DNA of 64,000 nucleotides from the human T2T-CHM13v2.0 reference genome, Homo sapiens. The position numbers and the translations under genes are program-made. Below are positions 13,863 through 27,941 of this stretch, piece after piece. Positions within the stretch are counted from its first letter, which is position 1. Each line of letters begins with the position of its first letter. The stretch lies in assembly GCF_009914755.1 (NCBI RefSeq), contig NC_060927.1; one strand, 5' to 3'. The notes beneath the pieces were generated by a model. The model was not told the origin of the DNA and made no database searches. It saw only the letters and a list, made by a program, of their open reading frames with translations.

Positions 13863-14800
13863 TGAAGTTTTCATTTCCTGTGTCCATAAGGCTCTAAGTA
13901 TTAAATAATTTCTTACAGATTGATTTACTATTATTCATATCATTCAATATAATTAATGAAAACAACAAATATATATTTAGAAAAATGCTTACTAAATATA
14001 AGTAAAATATTACATGAAAACCACCTCTTAATGAGATAAATATCTTTTTTAAATTAGTTTATGTGCCTATGGATAAACATTACTTATTTCTAGAATTAGG
14101 ATTCAGAATAAATTCTATGCCTATGTTTGACCTTATACATATAATTTTTGAGAAGCATTGATCCCATAAATACCTATATGGGCCAAGAAAGAATTTTATT
14201 ATAGCAATGACAGCTATTTCTTTAAATGTTTTCCAAGTAACATACCAAAAATCACATGATAAGTTATTTAAAATTACTTTACAATGATTTATGAGTTAGC
14301 AACTTAATTAGGTCCTCCTTTAATCTTATGAAAAGCAAACCATTGGACATCCTGTAACTTGTGAGTTTTACCAGTCATTAGAGTTCTTTACTTGGCCAAT
14401 ATCTGAGAAGTATACTAAAAAAGCTTCAGCTAAACTCATATGACAATTAGTTTTACTCTTTCATTTGAAGATGTCTTATTCATGAATCTAAAATTAGTCA
14501 AAGTCAGGCACATGCTTGTACTCTCTCTCTCTATGTGTGTGTGTGTATATATATCTATATATATTCCCACATTTCACATTAGGGTATTTTCTGTCATCTG
14601 TTTAAGAAAATATCTTAGCATTTGTGCTGTGGTTTAGTTTTCCAGGTCATTTCCTGATGCTTTAAAAAGCATAGCAGGTTGACATGAAGATAGGCTCTTG
14701 AGAATTATTATATTTAGATAGTACAGTAACGTAATTTCATGGTGAAAAATACAGAACTAGAGCAGCAAATGCACATTTGAGACAGTAGAATTAATCATAA
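13410..14800 (-). mobile_element. hAT/Charlie DNA transposon relic with transposase C-terminal remnant; boundaries approximate
   Basis: Minus-strand translation from 14280 reads ...LSCDFWYVTWKTFKEIAVIAIIKFFLGPYRYLWDQCFSKIICIR, then after a frameshift KHRHRIYSES; resembles the hAT C-terminal dimerisation domain. Confidence 0.7.
13819..13860. repeat. (AT)21 microsatellite
   Basis: Direct reading. Confidence 0.98.
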
Positions 14801-15959
14801 TAAATGGAGGCAGATTTTAGGTTCAGGACATTGGATAAATGTATTTTGCAAAAATTAGTAGCAAACAGAAGAGAGGGTATCGCCATGTATTAATGATGGC
14901 TGGTCATTGTATTATTTATAGTATAAGCTACAACATATTTATTTTGTTATTCTTATTGTAATAAATAGGAGGAATGTATAGATGACTAAAGATGTTGATG
15001 ACTGACAGCAGGAACCTTGGTCAAGTAAAAAGTTAGTGTGTTTACAGTATTCAGTAATTTCTTAGGAAAAATAATGAAATTGTTTCTCCACAATCTGAAT
15101 CAAAATGTAAAACAGAAACTTACCTTTGTTATATGTTCCTTTCACTGAAGCTGTAAAATCTTTAGAAAATGAATCAATTATTTTCCACTCTTTTCTCCTT
15201 GAAATCAGACCAACAAGACAGCTGAAAACACAGGTGAAGGGGAATTCTCTCGTTGGTATTGGTATTCTTTCTCCTTACCCAGGAGGGGGAAAATATCCAG
15301 AGGGTTCACTCTGTTGCAGATGCTTACTTCCTATGATGCTTTTTACAATTTGGAATGCTCCAATACTAAAATAGATAAAGCAGGGATCTTTGACTTGCAT
15401 TGTTTCCTGGATGAAGTGAGGTGCCACCCTCATCAATGTGTTTAATCAAATTTTTTTTCTTTTCAGGTGCATTGCATTCTTTGATGATAGTTCAGGAATG
15501 AAAGAGACAAAACCAATAGGTAAAAATTATCATTACTCCAGCATCTTTGCTCTGCAAGATATCTGATTCCAAAACATTCTAACACCCTATTTCTGATACC
15601 ACATTTTGCCCCTAATAAAAATATTTTTAATACAAGGACAAATCTCAAATCTTCCAAGTGAGTTTATTGTGTCTTGACAAGAGGAGTCTTCACCAGTACC
15701 AATATTCTGAATTGTCCATCTGTTTGGTGCCCCTGGATAACTCACCAAAGCAAGGTTCAGAATGAATGAGTGATATGCCTCATAAAAAAATAATAATAAA
15801 TAAAAATAAAAGAGGGAGAAAGATAATTATGCTAGGGCAAGAGAAAAAGGAAAACCATATGATGCCTTCATCACAAGTGTGTGCATTCTCTAGTAGAAGG
15901 AGTACAAAAGGAAGGTGACCACCTTAAAATTAATTACAAAAAACTGTTCATGCCTCTGA

Positions 15960-16440
15960 CACCTTGAACCCCAGTGAATGAGCCTACCCCATTTGGAAAT
16001 CTTTTGTTCTAAAGACAATTTCATATCATCTCACTGCTTAACATTTAAGTGGCCTCCCTTTGCTGTCAGGATCAAGGCCAACCCCATTAATTTTGCCTAT
16101 AAAGTAAAGAGGTCCACTTTAACCTCTTCCTGTGTTTGCAACCTCACCTTTTACCCTTGCACTTGATCAGCCAGATTGAAGTTCCTCAGACTTTTCCAAA
16201 CCTACCAAGACTTCTTTCCTTGAGAGTCTTTGCACACTTTCCTCAGTTTGGAACATTTTTCTCTTCTGTTCTTTTTAGCTTGACTTGCTCCTGTTGGTCT
16301 TGCGTTTTCAATGTTAATTCCTCTTAAAAACCTTTCTGAACTGTCCACCCCTAGCCACATCCCAATCACTGAACTGGATTAGGCATTTATCCTATGCACT
16401 ATGTGCTGTTATTGCCTCCTATCCCCACAAGGCATTACCC
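15960..16440 (+). mobile_element. L2 fragment
   Basis: L2 3' motifs (cactgcttaa...gtggcctccctttgct..aggatcaaggccaa; tttgcacact...ggaac). Confidence 0.55.
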
Positions 16441-16443
16441 ACT

Positions 16444-16794
16444 TGTATTAGTCCATTTTCACGCTGCTGATAAAGACATACCCAAGACTGGGCAATTAAT
16501 AAAAGAAAGGTAGTTATTGGACTTACAGTTCTACATGGCTGGGAAGGCTTCACAATCATGGTGGAAGGTGAAAAACACATCTCACCTGGTGGCAGACAAG
16601 AGATGTGTGGGGAAACTCCCCTTTTTAAAACCATCAGATCTTGTGAGACATAGTCACTATCATGAGAATAGCATGGGAAAGATCTGCCCCCATGATTCAA
16701 TTACCTCCCACCAGGTCCCTCCCACAACATGTGGGAATTGTGGGCGTTATGATTCAAGATGAGGTTTGGGTCGGGGCACAGCCAAACAGTATAA
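16444..16794 (-). mobile_element. THE1 solo LTR (THE1B/C-like)
   Basis: TGTATTAGTCCATTTTCACGCTGCTGATAAAGACATACCC...GCACAGCCAAAC. Confidence 0.92.
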
Positions 16795-17073
16795 CCGATT
16801 ATCAACTTTATTGTAATAATTAAAATCTTACTTGTAGACATAGCATCTTAGGGCCAGGAGCACTGTTTTATTCACCACTCTATCATCAACTCCCATGCCA
16901 ATGTCTAACATATAAGACTTATTCAATATTGAGCGTAGTTTTCAACAGACATAGAGAATTTACATATTCAAATAAATCCAGACTTTCAAAGTAGTTACTT
17001 TTTTTCTTTCTGTTTATTTTGTTGTTGTTGTTGTTATTAATATCAACAAAAATGAGCTTAAACAAAGTGGTAA

Positions 17074-17472
<399 letters not shown>

Positions 17473-18651
17473 TAATGATCCCAAGAATGCCTATTAGGAA
17501 TTCTGGGTTCTAGGCTTGACTTTGTCACAGACTACATTTCCACTGGGTAAGGCATTTAGGATCTACGTACCACTCCACTTTTAAGTCCTGTAGTTTCTTC
17601 CTACTGTTTTACTTTAATGTATATGGTCACCAAACTCAGCTATGGGCCATGAACACAGACTGAGATGCCTCACATGTACATGGAGAGACTTAGTAGGCAA
17701 CATGGTGCTACTTTGTATTTGTGGAAATAGTTGGTCTTTAAAGAAGGGGTATGTAATCATGATGAAGTGTCCTGGAAGAAAACAAAGTATCTCAAAAATG
17801 TTTTGGAGCTATTTCATTCTTCCTTTTAAGAGCCACCACTTTTCTGAAACTTTCTGTAAATGCAATAAATTGAGGGTCCAGAAGGATAGTGATAAGTAAG
17901 AAGGAATAAGATTATAAAATAAAGTTATGCCACATGTAGGCCTGTTGGGCCTGTAAGTTTGGAAAATCTGGAATCATTGAAAGGTTTTGGCAAGTAATAA
18001 CATCATGAGATGAAAAAGGAGTTTAAAGGGTTTAATCTGGCTGGGCATAGAAGGAATTGGAGAAAGAAAGCCTAAAGGTCTGAAATAGTTGGGAGGCTAC
18101 AAAAATAGTCCAAGTGGAAAGGGGTGTGGTCCGCACAAAAACATTGACTGTGAGAAAATAAAAATATATGGTATTAGAGAAGGTTACGCAACATGATTTG
18201 GATTTAGGGAGTGAAGTGCAGAACTTAGGTTCAAAGATAATTGAGGTTTAAAATATGAGTTGCGTTGAGAATATTGAGAGAAATATGGATGACAGAGAGT
18301 AAGACTTTTTTCAATGTGCTAAATTTGAGGTATCAATACAACATTTAAATTATTCAGTAAAGAGCTAGAGATGTAAACTTAAAATTGAGAGAAATCAAAA
18401 TTCTAGTGTTATTTGGGAAACCTCCACATAAAATGCAACAGTTGCAGTCCCCAAGATGAATCAATCTAAGAGAAAGACCACAGAGAAGGTCCAATTTCTC
18501 AAGATAAAACACAGTAGAATGGTCAATGTTTAAAAATGAAAAAGGGTGACTCAGAGAGTAAAAAACAAAACACGAAAACAAACAAACAAAAACAGAATTC
18601 ATGGTAGAAGTAGGTGAGTCTAGTTCAGAGGAACAAAAAGGTTTTCAAAAA

Positions 18652-18835
18652 GCCCAGGCTTGGTGGTGGTGCATGCCTGTAATCCCAGTTAATCAGGAGG
18701 TTGAGGTTGGAGAATTGCTTGTGCCCAGGAGGTCAAGGCTGCAGTAAGTGATGTTCATACCACTAGCCTCTAGCCTGAGCGACAGAGTGAGAGCCTTTCT
18801 CAAAAAAAAATTAATAAATAAAAAATAAAAAAAAG
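18652..18835 (+). mobile_element. Alu right monomer (FRAM/AluJ-like)
   Basis: cccaggaggtcaaggctgcagt...gacagagtgaga + A tail. Confidence 0.85.
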
Positions 18836-20426
18836 AGAAAGAAAGAAAGGAAGAACCTTAAGCTCCCTATATAACTGAGAAATACCATAATACCTGGGAG
18901 TAAGGACTTTCTAAGTGAATTTATTTGGTCCAAGTACAGTTAAAACTTGTAGTTTGAAACATGATGCAGTGGCTTAGCTGTCATCAGTAACATCTAGTTC
19001 ACTAGAAGTTGACAGTTTTTCTTTGTTGTTTTTAAGTTATTTAGCTTATAGGGGAAATATACTATCATTTATACTTAAACCTGACCTACATATTAAAAAT
19101 AACCTACTAGTTCAATAAGGTGTATTTCAACCTGAAAGTAAATAATGTATGCAATCTTCATGGCAAGCAATTTATATAATTGGAACACTTTCACTATAAT
19201 TAGTGAAGAGTTGAGTTATTCTTCTTTTCTGAGAACTCATCTGCTGCTGCCCTCTTAATGCTAAGTTGAAGAGGCTGTCATTAGCAATATTTCACAGGTG
19301 GGTTGTGATTAAAATTTATTTATTTATTTTTGTATGCCCAGACTTTTTTCCCTTTTATGATTTCAGAGTAATAAGTAGCTTAAACCAGAAATATAAAGCC
19401 ATACCTATTGTCTCCTGCAAGCCATGAGTCGAAAAATGAATTGAAGAATTATTCAACAATAAATCAAGGTCAGGAAAATGTGTTGAAGAAGAGCATTAGG
19501 GAAAAGGGAAAAAGGAGGGAAGGGAGGGAGTCTCAAGCAGGGGCTTTCCTCCAGATGACACTAACCGTAGCTGGATAGGCATTCATCTAGTGGTTATAGC
19601 TGATTTCAAAATTCAGGAATCAATGAGCCAAATCAGATCAAGCAAAGTGGTTGTGCTATTTTGGTAGGAAGTGGAGGTCCAAGAGGCAAGTGAACGGAAA
19701 GCTAGAGAACCTAGTTTGAACCTCAAGAAGCAAAGGTATAAGCCAGAGAAAAGGCTGGACAGTGCTAGACAAAAGAATGATCAGCAAAGCCTGGGACAGA
19801 AGTCAGCTGCATAGGCATGTTGAATGTAAGAGCTGATGAATAACGCAGTAGCTGAAAGGAGTTGAAATGCTCCTTGGTAGAGTTTTTAGTCAGATTCTAA
19901 CAGAGTGAAAGGAACTTTAGAAGATGTCAGAGTGATCATATATCTCATACATGATTGAACCCTTTTACAAATAATTAAGTTAAATTAACTTTTAATTAAA
20001 TACTAACGTAATATAGGCCAAGGACCTATTCTTTCCAGACAGTATGTGAATCATCAGAAATACAAAAGTGAGGTATGATCCCTATTGTTAAACCTCATAG
20101 TCTAATGAAAGAGAAAGCCTTGAAAACAATCTAAATAAAGCATTAATATAAAACATTGATACGAACACAGTGTGGGATTATCATTAGACTACCCTAAGAA
20201 AGTAAGGGAAAACTGGAGAGAGGAGGAGTATATGAGCTGGGTAGAAAAGACACTTTGTCAGGTATGAAGGCATTCAGTACAACAGTGGCTGAAGTGCTCT
20301 AGGCGTGGAGAAAACATGGGGGTGGAGTGTGAGGCATATGATGTGAGTGGAGTGCAGATTGATAATTGGGAGAAGCAAACTAGAGCCAGACAGAGGCAAG
20401 AGCTGCAGTTAGTCTTATCCATAAGG

Positions 20427-20621
20427 CAGCAGTTCTCAGAGTGTGATCCCAGGTTCAGCAGTGTTAGCATCACCTGGGAACCAGTTAGATATGCAAATAC
20501 TCAGGACTCAAGCCAGCGCTAGGAAATTACAAACTCTGGCGAAGTAGGTGGGGCCCAACAATCTGTGTTTTAATGATTCTTCTAGGTAATTCTGATGCAC
20601 AATGAAGTTTGAAAACTACTG
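20427..20621. mobile_element. MER5A (hAT-Charlie MITE) inserted in an L2 region
   Basis: Terminal inverted repeats CAGCAGTTCTCA / TGAAAACTACTG; internal agcatcacctgggaa...atgcaaat. Confidence 0.85.
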
Positions 20622-21119
20622 TGCAGGGAAAAGTGAAACCGTAGAAAGTAGTTTAGCAAGGCAATGAGAAGGTCTTATTTTCTTAGGATGAAAACTAGCC
20701 AAAGTATGGAGACTGGACTAAATGAGTGGCTGAAGACTATGGCAACTGCAAAATACAAGAAAGAGACGGTAAAATTCAAATACCTTAAATGAGAAAATAT
20801 GAGTCAGAATTTGACATGGTGTGGCTAAGAAGGTACTTTATGGTCCGGCAGTGATTTGAAGTCTGTTAATTAGGGGAGCACCAAATAATCTTCTCTCGAC
20901 ATGTTTTTAGTCGTTGAAGCACTACTTTTTATTAAAAAAAATTTCTCATACCTTTCATTTCAACTTTTTCTATTTCTTATTTCTTACATAATTGGACACA
21001 AATGGCAGCCTAACTTTAAGAAGGGGAGTTCAGGAAGCCCTGGAGAGCCCTGCAGTCCTGCCTAGGGTAGATTCCCCTAAATCTTTGTGTCTTTATAATA
21101 AGCCGTGGAAATCTATTTG

Positions 21120-21293
21120 TCACAGATGAAGTTATGTCCCCTGCCTTAAAGCTCACATGTTGAAGCTGTAACCCTCGATGTGACTGTGTTTGGAGACAGG
21201 GCCTGAAAAGAGGCAACTAAGGTTAGATAATGTCATAAAGGCAGGACTTTAATTCAATAGGACTGGTGTCATTATAAGAAAAGGAAGAGACAC

Positions 21294-21324
<31 letters not shown>

Positions 21325-21530
21325 TTTCCTGTGTGCACGCAGAGAAGAGGCCATCTCAGAATACAGTAAGAAGGTGACCCTATAAGCCAGGAAGAGAGGC
21401 CTCACCAGAAACTAATCCTGATGGCGTCTTGACCTTGGACTTCTAGCCCCCAGAAATGTGAGCAAATAAATGTATGTTGTTCAAGCCACCCAGCCTGTGG
21501 TATTTTGCTGTGGAAGCCTGAGCTGATTAA
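21120..21530 (+). mobile_element. MLT1A-type LTR with (CT)n tract
   Basis: atgtgactgtgtttggagacagggcc...aagccaggaagagaggcctcaccagaa...aagccacccagcctgtggtatttt. Confidence 0.8.
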
Positions 21531-21869
21531 TTATTATAGTAAAAAGAACGTGGCCTCTGAACCAAACAGATGCGACTTTAAATCCTAGCTCTGTCATTCA
21601 TTAGTTGTATCTTTGTGTCCCAGTTTCCTTATTGTCAATATAGGCAACGAGGATAGTATTGCCTCCTATGGTCATTTATTTATTCAACAAGTATTTACTG
21701 AGTGCTTTTTATGTACCAGGTACTCAACAAATAATTGCTGTGCTCTTGAGGCTACAATGGCAATTAAGAACAAAAATAATCCTTTCCTTCCTGGAACTTA
21801 TGATAGAGAAAGAAACAGATAACAAATGAATCTCACAAATTTATGTTAGTTTGTAAGTATAATCAGTGC

Positions 21870-22205
21870 TACAGCTTCTATTAAAAAAGCATGTCTCTTC
21901 CAAAGCCATGCCCCCTTTCCTAGAGCAGCCTTCTATCAATGATCGGTTAATGCAGTAGTACAAAGTCCGGCTCCCTTGCTCCAATTCAGGACAATTGTGA
22001 AGGGCCATCCCAGCTTTAGAGCTTTATGTGGAGTTGGCTTAGTTCTTATTATGACTGTACCACAGCTCAACTTCTCCCTCTCCCTAATGCTGTTTCTTTC
22101 CCTTCTTTTCCATAAGTATTAGCTTTCCAAAAGTAGAGCACTCACTAACAAATTTCCATGTGTTAATCTTCACCTCAGAGTGTGCTTCCCAGGGTCTGAC
22201 CTGAA
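21870..22205 (+). mobile_element. ERVL LTR (LTR16-like)
   Basis: gaagggccatcccagct...caacttctccctct...ctcagagtgtgcttcccaggg end motif. Confidence 0.65.
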
Positions 22206-22784
22206 ATAGCAGGTTCATAAGGAATAAATGTAAACTTGCTCTGCAACCAAGATGGGAAATGAAGATTCTTTAGCTAAACCTGAGAGTGGGATATGGGCTC
22301 CCTCCCACAGCCCATTCCTCATCTGACTGCCCACAAACTAGAAGCCAGCAACCACAGACCAGGAATAGACAGGCAGGTGACACTGTTCCTTGTCCTGACA
22401 TGGACAGGTCACATATCCTGTTTTGCACCTTTGGTAAGTCCAGTGGTCAGATGTGCAGAAACAAAGTCTCAATCTGGAAAAGATGAAAATATCATGTGTA
22501 CCCTCACCTTATCTATCTAGAATTTCTGTCAGTTGAAAAGACCAGGATACATTCACAGAAATAAGCAGGGAGATGGACAGAATAAATAGTCTAGAAACAG
22601 GCCCATGATGAGAGAAAGAACTGAAAAGGAAATGGTAAATTATTCAGTAAATATATCTAGAAAAATAGTGTTAAAAATTTGGTTAGTTATTTGGAGAAAA
22701 ATTAAGGTAGATATTCAATTCTCACCATAAATAAACAGAAATAAAGGTAAGAAAAGAAGGTAGATGTAAAATAGAAATCTATTT

Positions 22785-22971
22785 CTTTCTTTAATTTGTG
22801 GGGCTTTTTTATGCCGCTTTAAGTTCTGGGATATATGTACAGAAAGTGCAGGTTTGTTACATAGGTATACATGTGCCATGGTGGTTTGCTGCACCTATCA
22901 ACCCGTCATCTTGGTTTTAAGCCCCTCATGCATTAGGTATCTGTCCTAATGCTCTCCCTCCCCTTACCCTG
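22785..22971 (-). mobile_element. Very short L1PA 3'-end insertion nested in an older + strand L1M (~22530-23560)
   Basis: ctttaagttctggg...gtgcaggtttgttacatagg; TSD GAAATCTATTT at 22774-84 and 22972-82. Confidence 0.88.
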
Positions 22972-25900
22972 GAAATCTATTTTTTTTTAAAAAGAAAATA
23001 TTGGGGACAGGATGGGTTATCTCTCTCTAAGAATTAAACAAATCAAAATTACAAAGGAAAATACTCTATACATGTGTAAGTCTGTCAAATTAGTATAAGT
23101 AAAAGAAAAACAATTACAAAGAATTAATGCTGCAAAAAGGATAGAAAAAGACAATACCCTTGACATAGAAAGACAATATATAAATCAGTAAAGAAATAGA
23201 AATAGTATAAATTAAAATGGGAAAGAATATAGATCGACATTTCACAGAAGGCCAATTAAAGGGCTAGTAAATACATAAAAATGTTTATCAGTACTAATAA
23301 AAAGTAAAAGGTTGTAACAATATGCCTGTTTGTAGCAATTTTACAAAAATATTTAAGATGACTTTACCTATTGCTAACAATTTATCCATAGTAATTAGCA
23401 AAATAATTTTACTCCTAAGAATTATCCTTCAGAAATAAACAGAGCTAGAGATAAAAGCTTTATTTTTAGAATATTTATCTCGGTGTTAATTGTGAAAGAA
23501 AATTTAGAAACAACCTAAAACATCAACAATAAGTAAAAAGTGAAATAAATTTTGGTATCCATGTACAGCTTTGACGAAGACTTTAATTTTTTCTAAGCTT
23601 CTAATAATACAACTAAAAGGAAGTATGTATAGATATATTCAGTATATGTTTTATATGATTGATAATGATTCAAGCATAATCAAGTGAATGATTATTTCCC
23701 TTTAATCTTTGCTTTTAAGTACCCAGAAATCAATACCTTTATAAATTTATCCAACAGATATTTGGTGAGTGGCTTCTATGTCTTAGGCACTGGGAGAAAT
23801 GCTAGGTGAGGGGCTTTGGCATTTGTGAGTCTTTGGGTCTCTAGCTTACTGGCCACCATATGATATGGAGCTGAACTATGTATATAGAACCAAATCCAGA
23901 GAAAGTGTGACTGTCACACCTGGAGTAGCATAACACATGGGTCTTCAAAGAAAGAAGGCCTGGCATGAGTATTGAGAGCTAAAGTATTGAGAGCTAAGGG
24001 ATTTTCAGCCAGAGAAGGTGAAAGCAAAGAAGAGCAGATTACAACAGGCAAAGAATAGGCAAATAGTAATATGGGGTCATCCCGACAAACTAGTAGGCTG
24101 CTTCCTGTGCTTGGATTTTCATGTATTCTCATCCAGTTCTGTTGCTTGTATGATCTTATTCTATGGGCATTGAGAGAACCATTGCAGGTCTTTGTATTAA
24201 TTATGACAATGTTTTTGAGTAGCAAGAGGCAGGAACCAACTTAAACAAACATGGGAAACAACGAGCAAGTGTTCTTTTAGACCAGATTGCATGCAGATTG
24301 ATTGTCTTGGAATATAATCCCAAGAAGCAGGAGTGAGGAAGAGGGAAGAGTGAAAGAGGGAAGGACAGAAAGATAATACATGAATGTATCATTAAGTTTC
24401 CTACTTCACAGGTGACTGGTGTGGTTTACCACGAGACCTTTGCAGGAATCTTTAAAATGTGTTTCAAGATTGTCTGCCTGGGGAATTAAAAAATGGCGCA
24501 CATTTATCCATTGGATTCCATTCACTATTAATCAAGGTAGTCCTACCGGCGTTAACTTCCCCTACACTTCTAGATTGTATATGAACTGCTACTGAGAGGG
24601 TGCCTGTGCATGTTCCATGGTGTAGTGTCAGAAGCAAGTGAGAGGCACAAGGCTGAGGCAAGGTGCTGTCAAGTTGCACCTACATGAAGAAGGTTGAAGG
24701 AAGCTTGAAAAGAACCAGCCCCATGTATAAGATTTGGGCCAAAAGTATTTGAAGTGGTGCACAAGAGGTGTCCTATGTATGTCTGTTGTGGCTCAACAAA
24801 GAGCAAAGACACAGAAAGGCAGATATAGAGCTGAGCCTCACAGAAACTGCAACTGGAAACCAAACTTCTTCTGGACTTTCTCAGTCTTAAGTCTCTGTAT
24901 CTCTTTGGTTGGGCTTCACCTTTTTCCTCTCCCTATAGGTAGCTTTCACTACATGGCAAAAACTAGTCTTTTAATGACTTCTACATATTTTGCATTTAAC
25001 AATTGCAGACTCAGAATACAAACTGAGATGTTAGACTCACATCTATAATTTCTAGGACAGAGTTTCATCAGCCTTTCATAGGCCAGGTATCCATTTTTGG
25101 ACCAATGAATATGGGTAAAGAGAGATGTCATGTAAGGACACGAGGACACTGGTAGAAACCATATAATAAAGTAGGGAAGGAACAGAAGAGCAAGATGCCA
25201 AGCAGACAATACCAGAAATGTGTACCTCATGTCCTGAGTTAAGAAAACATCTCTTAAAGTATATAGAACCTGGAAGTACCTATAGCAAATAACCAGAAAG
25301 GACGAAAATAGTGTCAGAATTAAGGCAGGAGTTAGGGACAGGGAAAAGAACAGAAATGATATTAATAAAGAATAATTGATGGGCCATGTGACCCACTTCA
25401 GTTTTACATGGTGCCCTTACATTCTCCATTAACAGGAATTTGTGCAAGAAGCATTTATGATGCCAAGTCCTGTGAGAAATGTAGGGGACTACCATAGCAC
25501 ATAAGACACAATCTCTTTCCTCAGAAAGCAGATAGTCATGTGACTTAGTAACAACAGCAATACCTTATTTTTATAGGACATCTTTCATCTACACTTTGAG
25601 ATCCCTGGCTCCATGACACAGAATCAAATTAATAGAAGTTAACATAAACACTCTTCTTTACTAAAGGTCAAGGCCTGAGTTCTTTGGGATGTCTTCATTT
25701 GGACTTAATGCTTCATGTCTAATTGGTAAAGATACCAGAATCAGTGATGTGGGATTGTTTTGTTTGAGCATAGCACTGGGAAGAAAGCATTGAAACTTGA
25801 TAGCAATACTTAACATTAGATTTTTTTTTTCTTGTATCTTCTTTGGCTCCAAATAGTAGTGGATAATCTATCTATTTTAACCATATTCATAGGGCATGGC

Positions 25901-27099
25901 ACTAATCCCACACCTATTCTACATGGTAAAAGCTTTGTCAATGAGGACTCCATTTGCCTTTCTCTTGTTGAAAATCTAATTATTCTTTAAGACCTACTCG
26001 AACATAAGCAAGTATATAAAGTCTTCTGAAAGTCAAATTAATTTATCCATTCTTTGGGCTCCCATATCATCATCTATCAGTTGAATTGTAATTATTTGTT
26101 CATATATTTTTCTATCTCCCTCTAGACTTTGAGTCCTTAAAGGCAGAAACCTCATCTTACTGATCTTTATTTTCCCAGGATTCAGTACAGTGAGCGGCAT
26201 ACAGAAAATTCTCTGATCTGAAGGAGGAATGGTGCTCAATTAAGACATTTGTCTTCTTTCAGATTAGCAGGGTGGAGATACTTGGTGTTAAGTCACTAAA
26301 GTTTTCATAACTTTGTTTCCTCTAAATGAGCAAAAGGTCTCTGACTTGTTTTCAGTGCAGTTGACCCACTAACTGGTATGTCACTGATGTTTCAGGCTCG
26401 GTGTACAACAAAAAACACTCCTGTGTTTTCTTCGTCAGTTCCTATGAGAAATTCTACAGAGGATCATAGCACCCACACAAAGCCAAAATAGGAGAAATCC
26501 AAGATAAGTCATGTCATAGTATTATTATTACTTTTGAAAATTATTTCATTTTCTAGGAATAGAGCCTCTGACCCCAGAGAATATTGTGGTCTGTCTCAAA
26601 GGAGGCCACCCAGAAAACCATACACAGTAAAAACAAAACATAAAATATAGAAAGCCTTCTGCAGAGGTGAGAGGTGATATTTCACACTTTTTTTTCTCAC
26701 CTGATAAATGATAGGGCACACTGCTAAATCTCCTTTCTTCATTTGAAGGTTGTTTCACATAATACTGATTTAAACCCATTGTTGTCTAGATTTCAATCCT
26801 GAAGGCAGAGTAGCTCTGAATAAAACATTTTTAAAAACTACATATCCTGTAATAATAGTTTGAAAGAACAGTTTTCAAAAGTGAAAATAGAGAGGACAAT
26901 CATCATAGTAACAATTACTATAGTTTAAGAATGGCCTACTGTGTGCTGGACACCACTGTCAGCGTTTGTAACAGGGCATCATTAAGGCTCAAATCAATCA
27001 TGCGGAGGTGGGTTATATTTGTACAGATGAAAAAATTGAGGCTCAGGAGGATAAACAATTTACCAAAAGTTACATTTAAAGTAGCAGAGCAGCTATCTC

Positions 27100-27500
27100 T
27101 ATATATACAACAACATGAATAAATCTCATAACCATGAAGTTGAGCAAAAAAAAGCCAGATAGGAAAGACTACACACTGTATGATTACATTTATATAAAGA
27201 TCAAAAACAGGCAAAACTAATCAATGCTCAGAGAAGTTATGAGAGTAGCTACTTTTGTAGAGAGAGGTTTTACTAAAAGGAGATAAAAAGGAAAGTTCTG
27301 GATGACTAGAAATGTTCTATATTTTGACAGAACATTATTCTGGGTGGTAGTTCAAAGTGTATAAACATGTAAATGTTCTATATTTTGACAGAGCATTATT
27401 TTGGGTGGTAGTTCAAAGTGTATAAATACGTAAATACTTAGCTGCACAAAGATTTGTAGTCTTTACTGTATATAAGTTATATCTCAATTTAAAAAGTTAA
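27100..27500 (+). mobile_element. Old L1 (L1ME-like) 3' end containing a 61-bp tandem duplication (27310-27431)
   Basis: catgaataaatctca...aaaacaggcaaaactaatc; duplicate copies differ at 4 positions. Confidence 0.8.
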
Positions 27501-27533
27501 GTAAAGTAGGGGAGAAAAATGAGTTTAGCTCTG

Positions 27534-27941
27534 TGTATTAGGCCATTCTCACGTTGCTCTAAAGAAATACTAAGACTGGATAATTTATACCAAAAAGAAG
27601 TGTAACTGGCTCATAGGTTGGATAGGAAGCATGATGCTGGTATCTGCTTGGCTTCTGGGGAGCCTTCAGGAAACTTATAATCATAGTGGAAGGTGAAGGA
27701 GGAGCAGACATGTCACATGGCCAGAGCAGGAGTGGGAGAGAGAGGAGGTGCCACACACTTTTAAACAGATCTCACAAGATCTCATTCACTATCGCAAGGA
27801 CAGTACCAAGAGGATGGTGCTAAAGCATTCATGAGAAATCTGCCCCCATGATCCAATCACCTCCCAACAGGCCCCACCTCAAATATAGGGGATTACATTC
27901 AGCATGAGATTTGGGTGAGTACATACATCCAAATTATATCA
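27534..27941 (-). mobile_element. MST (MSTA-like) solo LTR
   Basis: TGTATTAGGCCATTCT...AATTATATCA; TSD CTCTG (27529-33, 27942-46). Confidence 0.92.
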
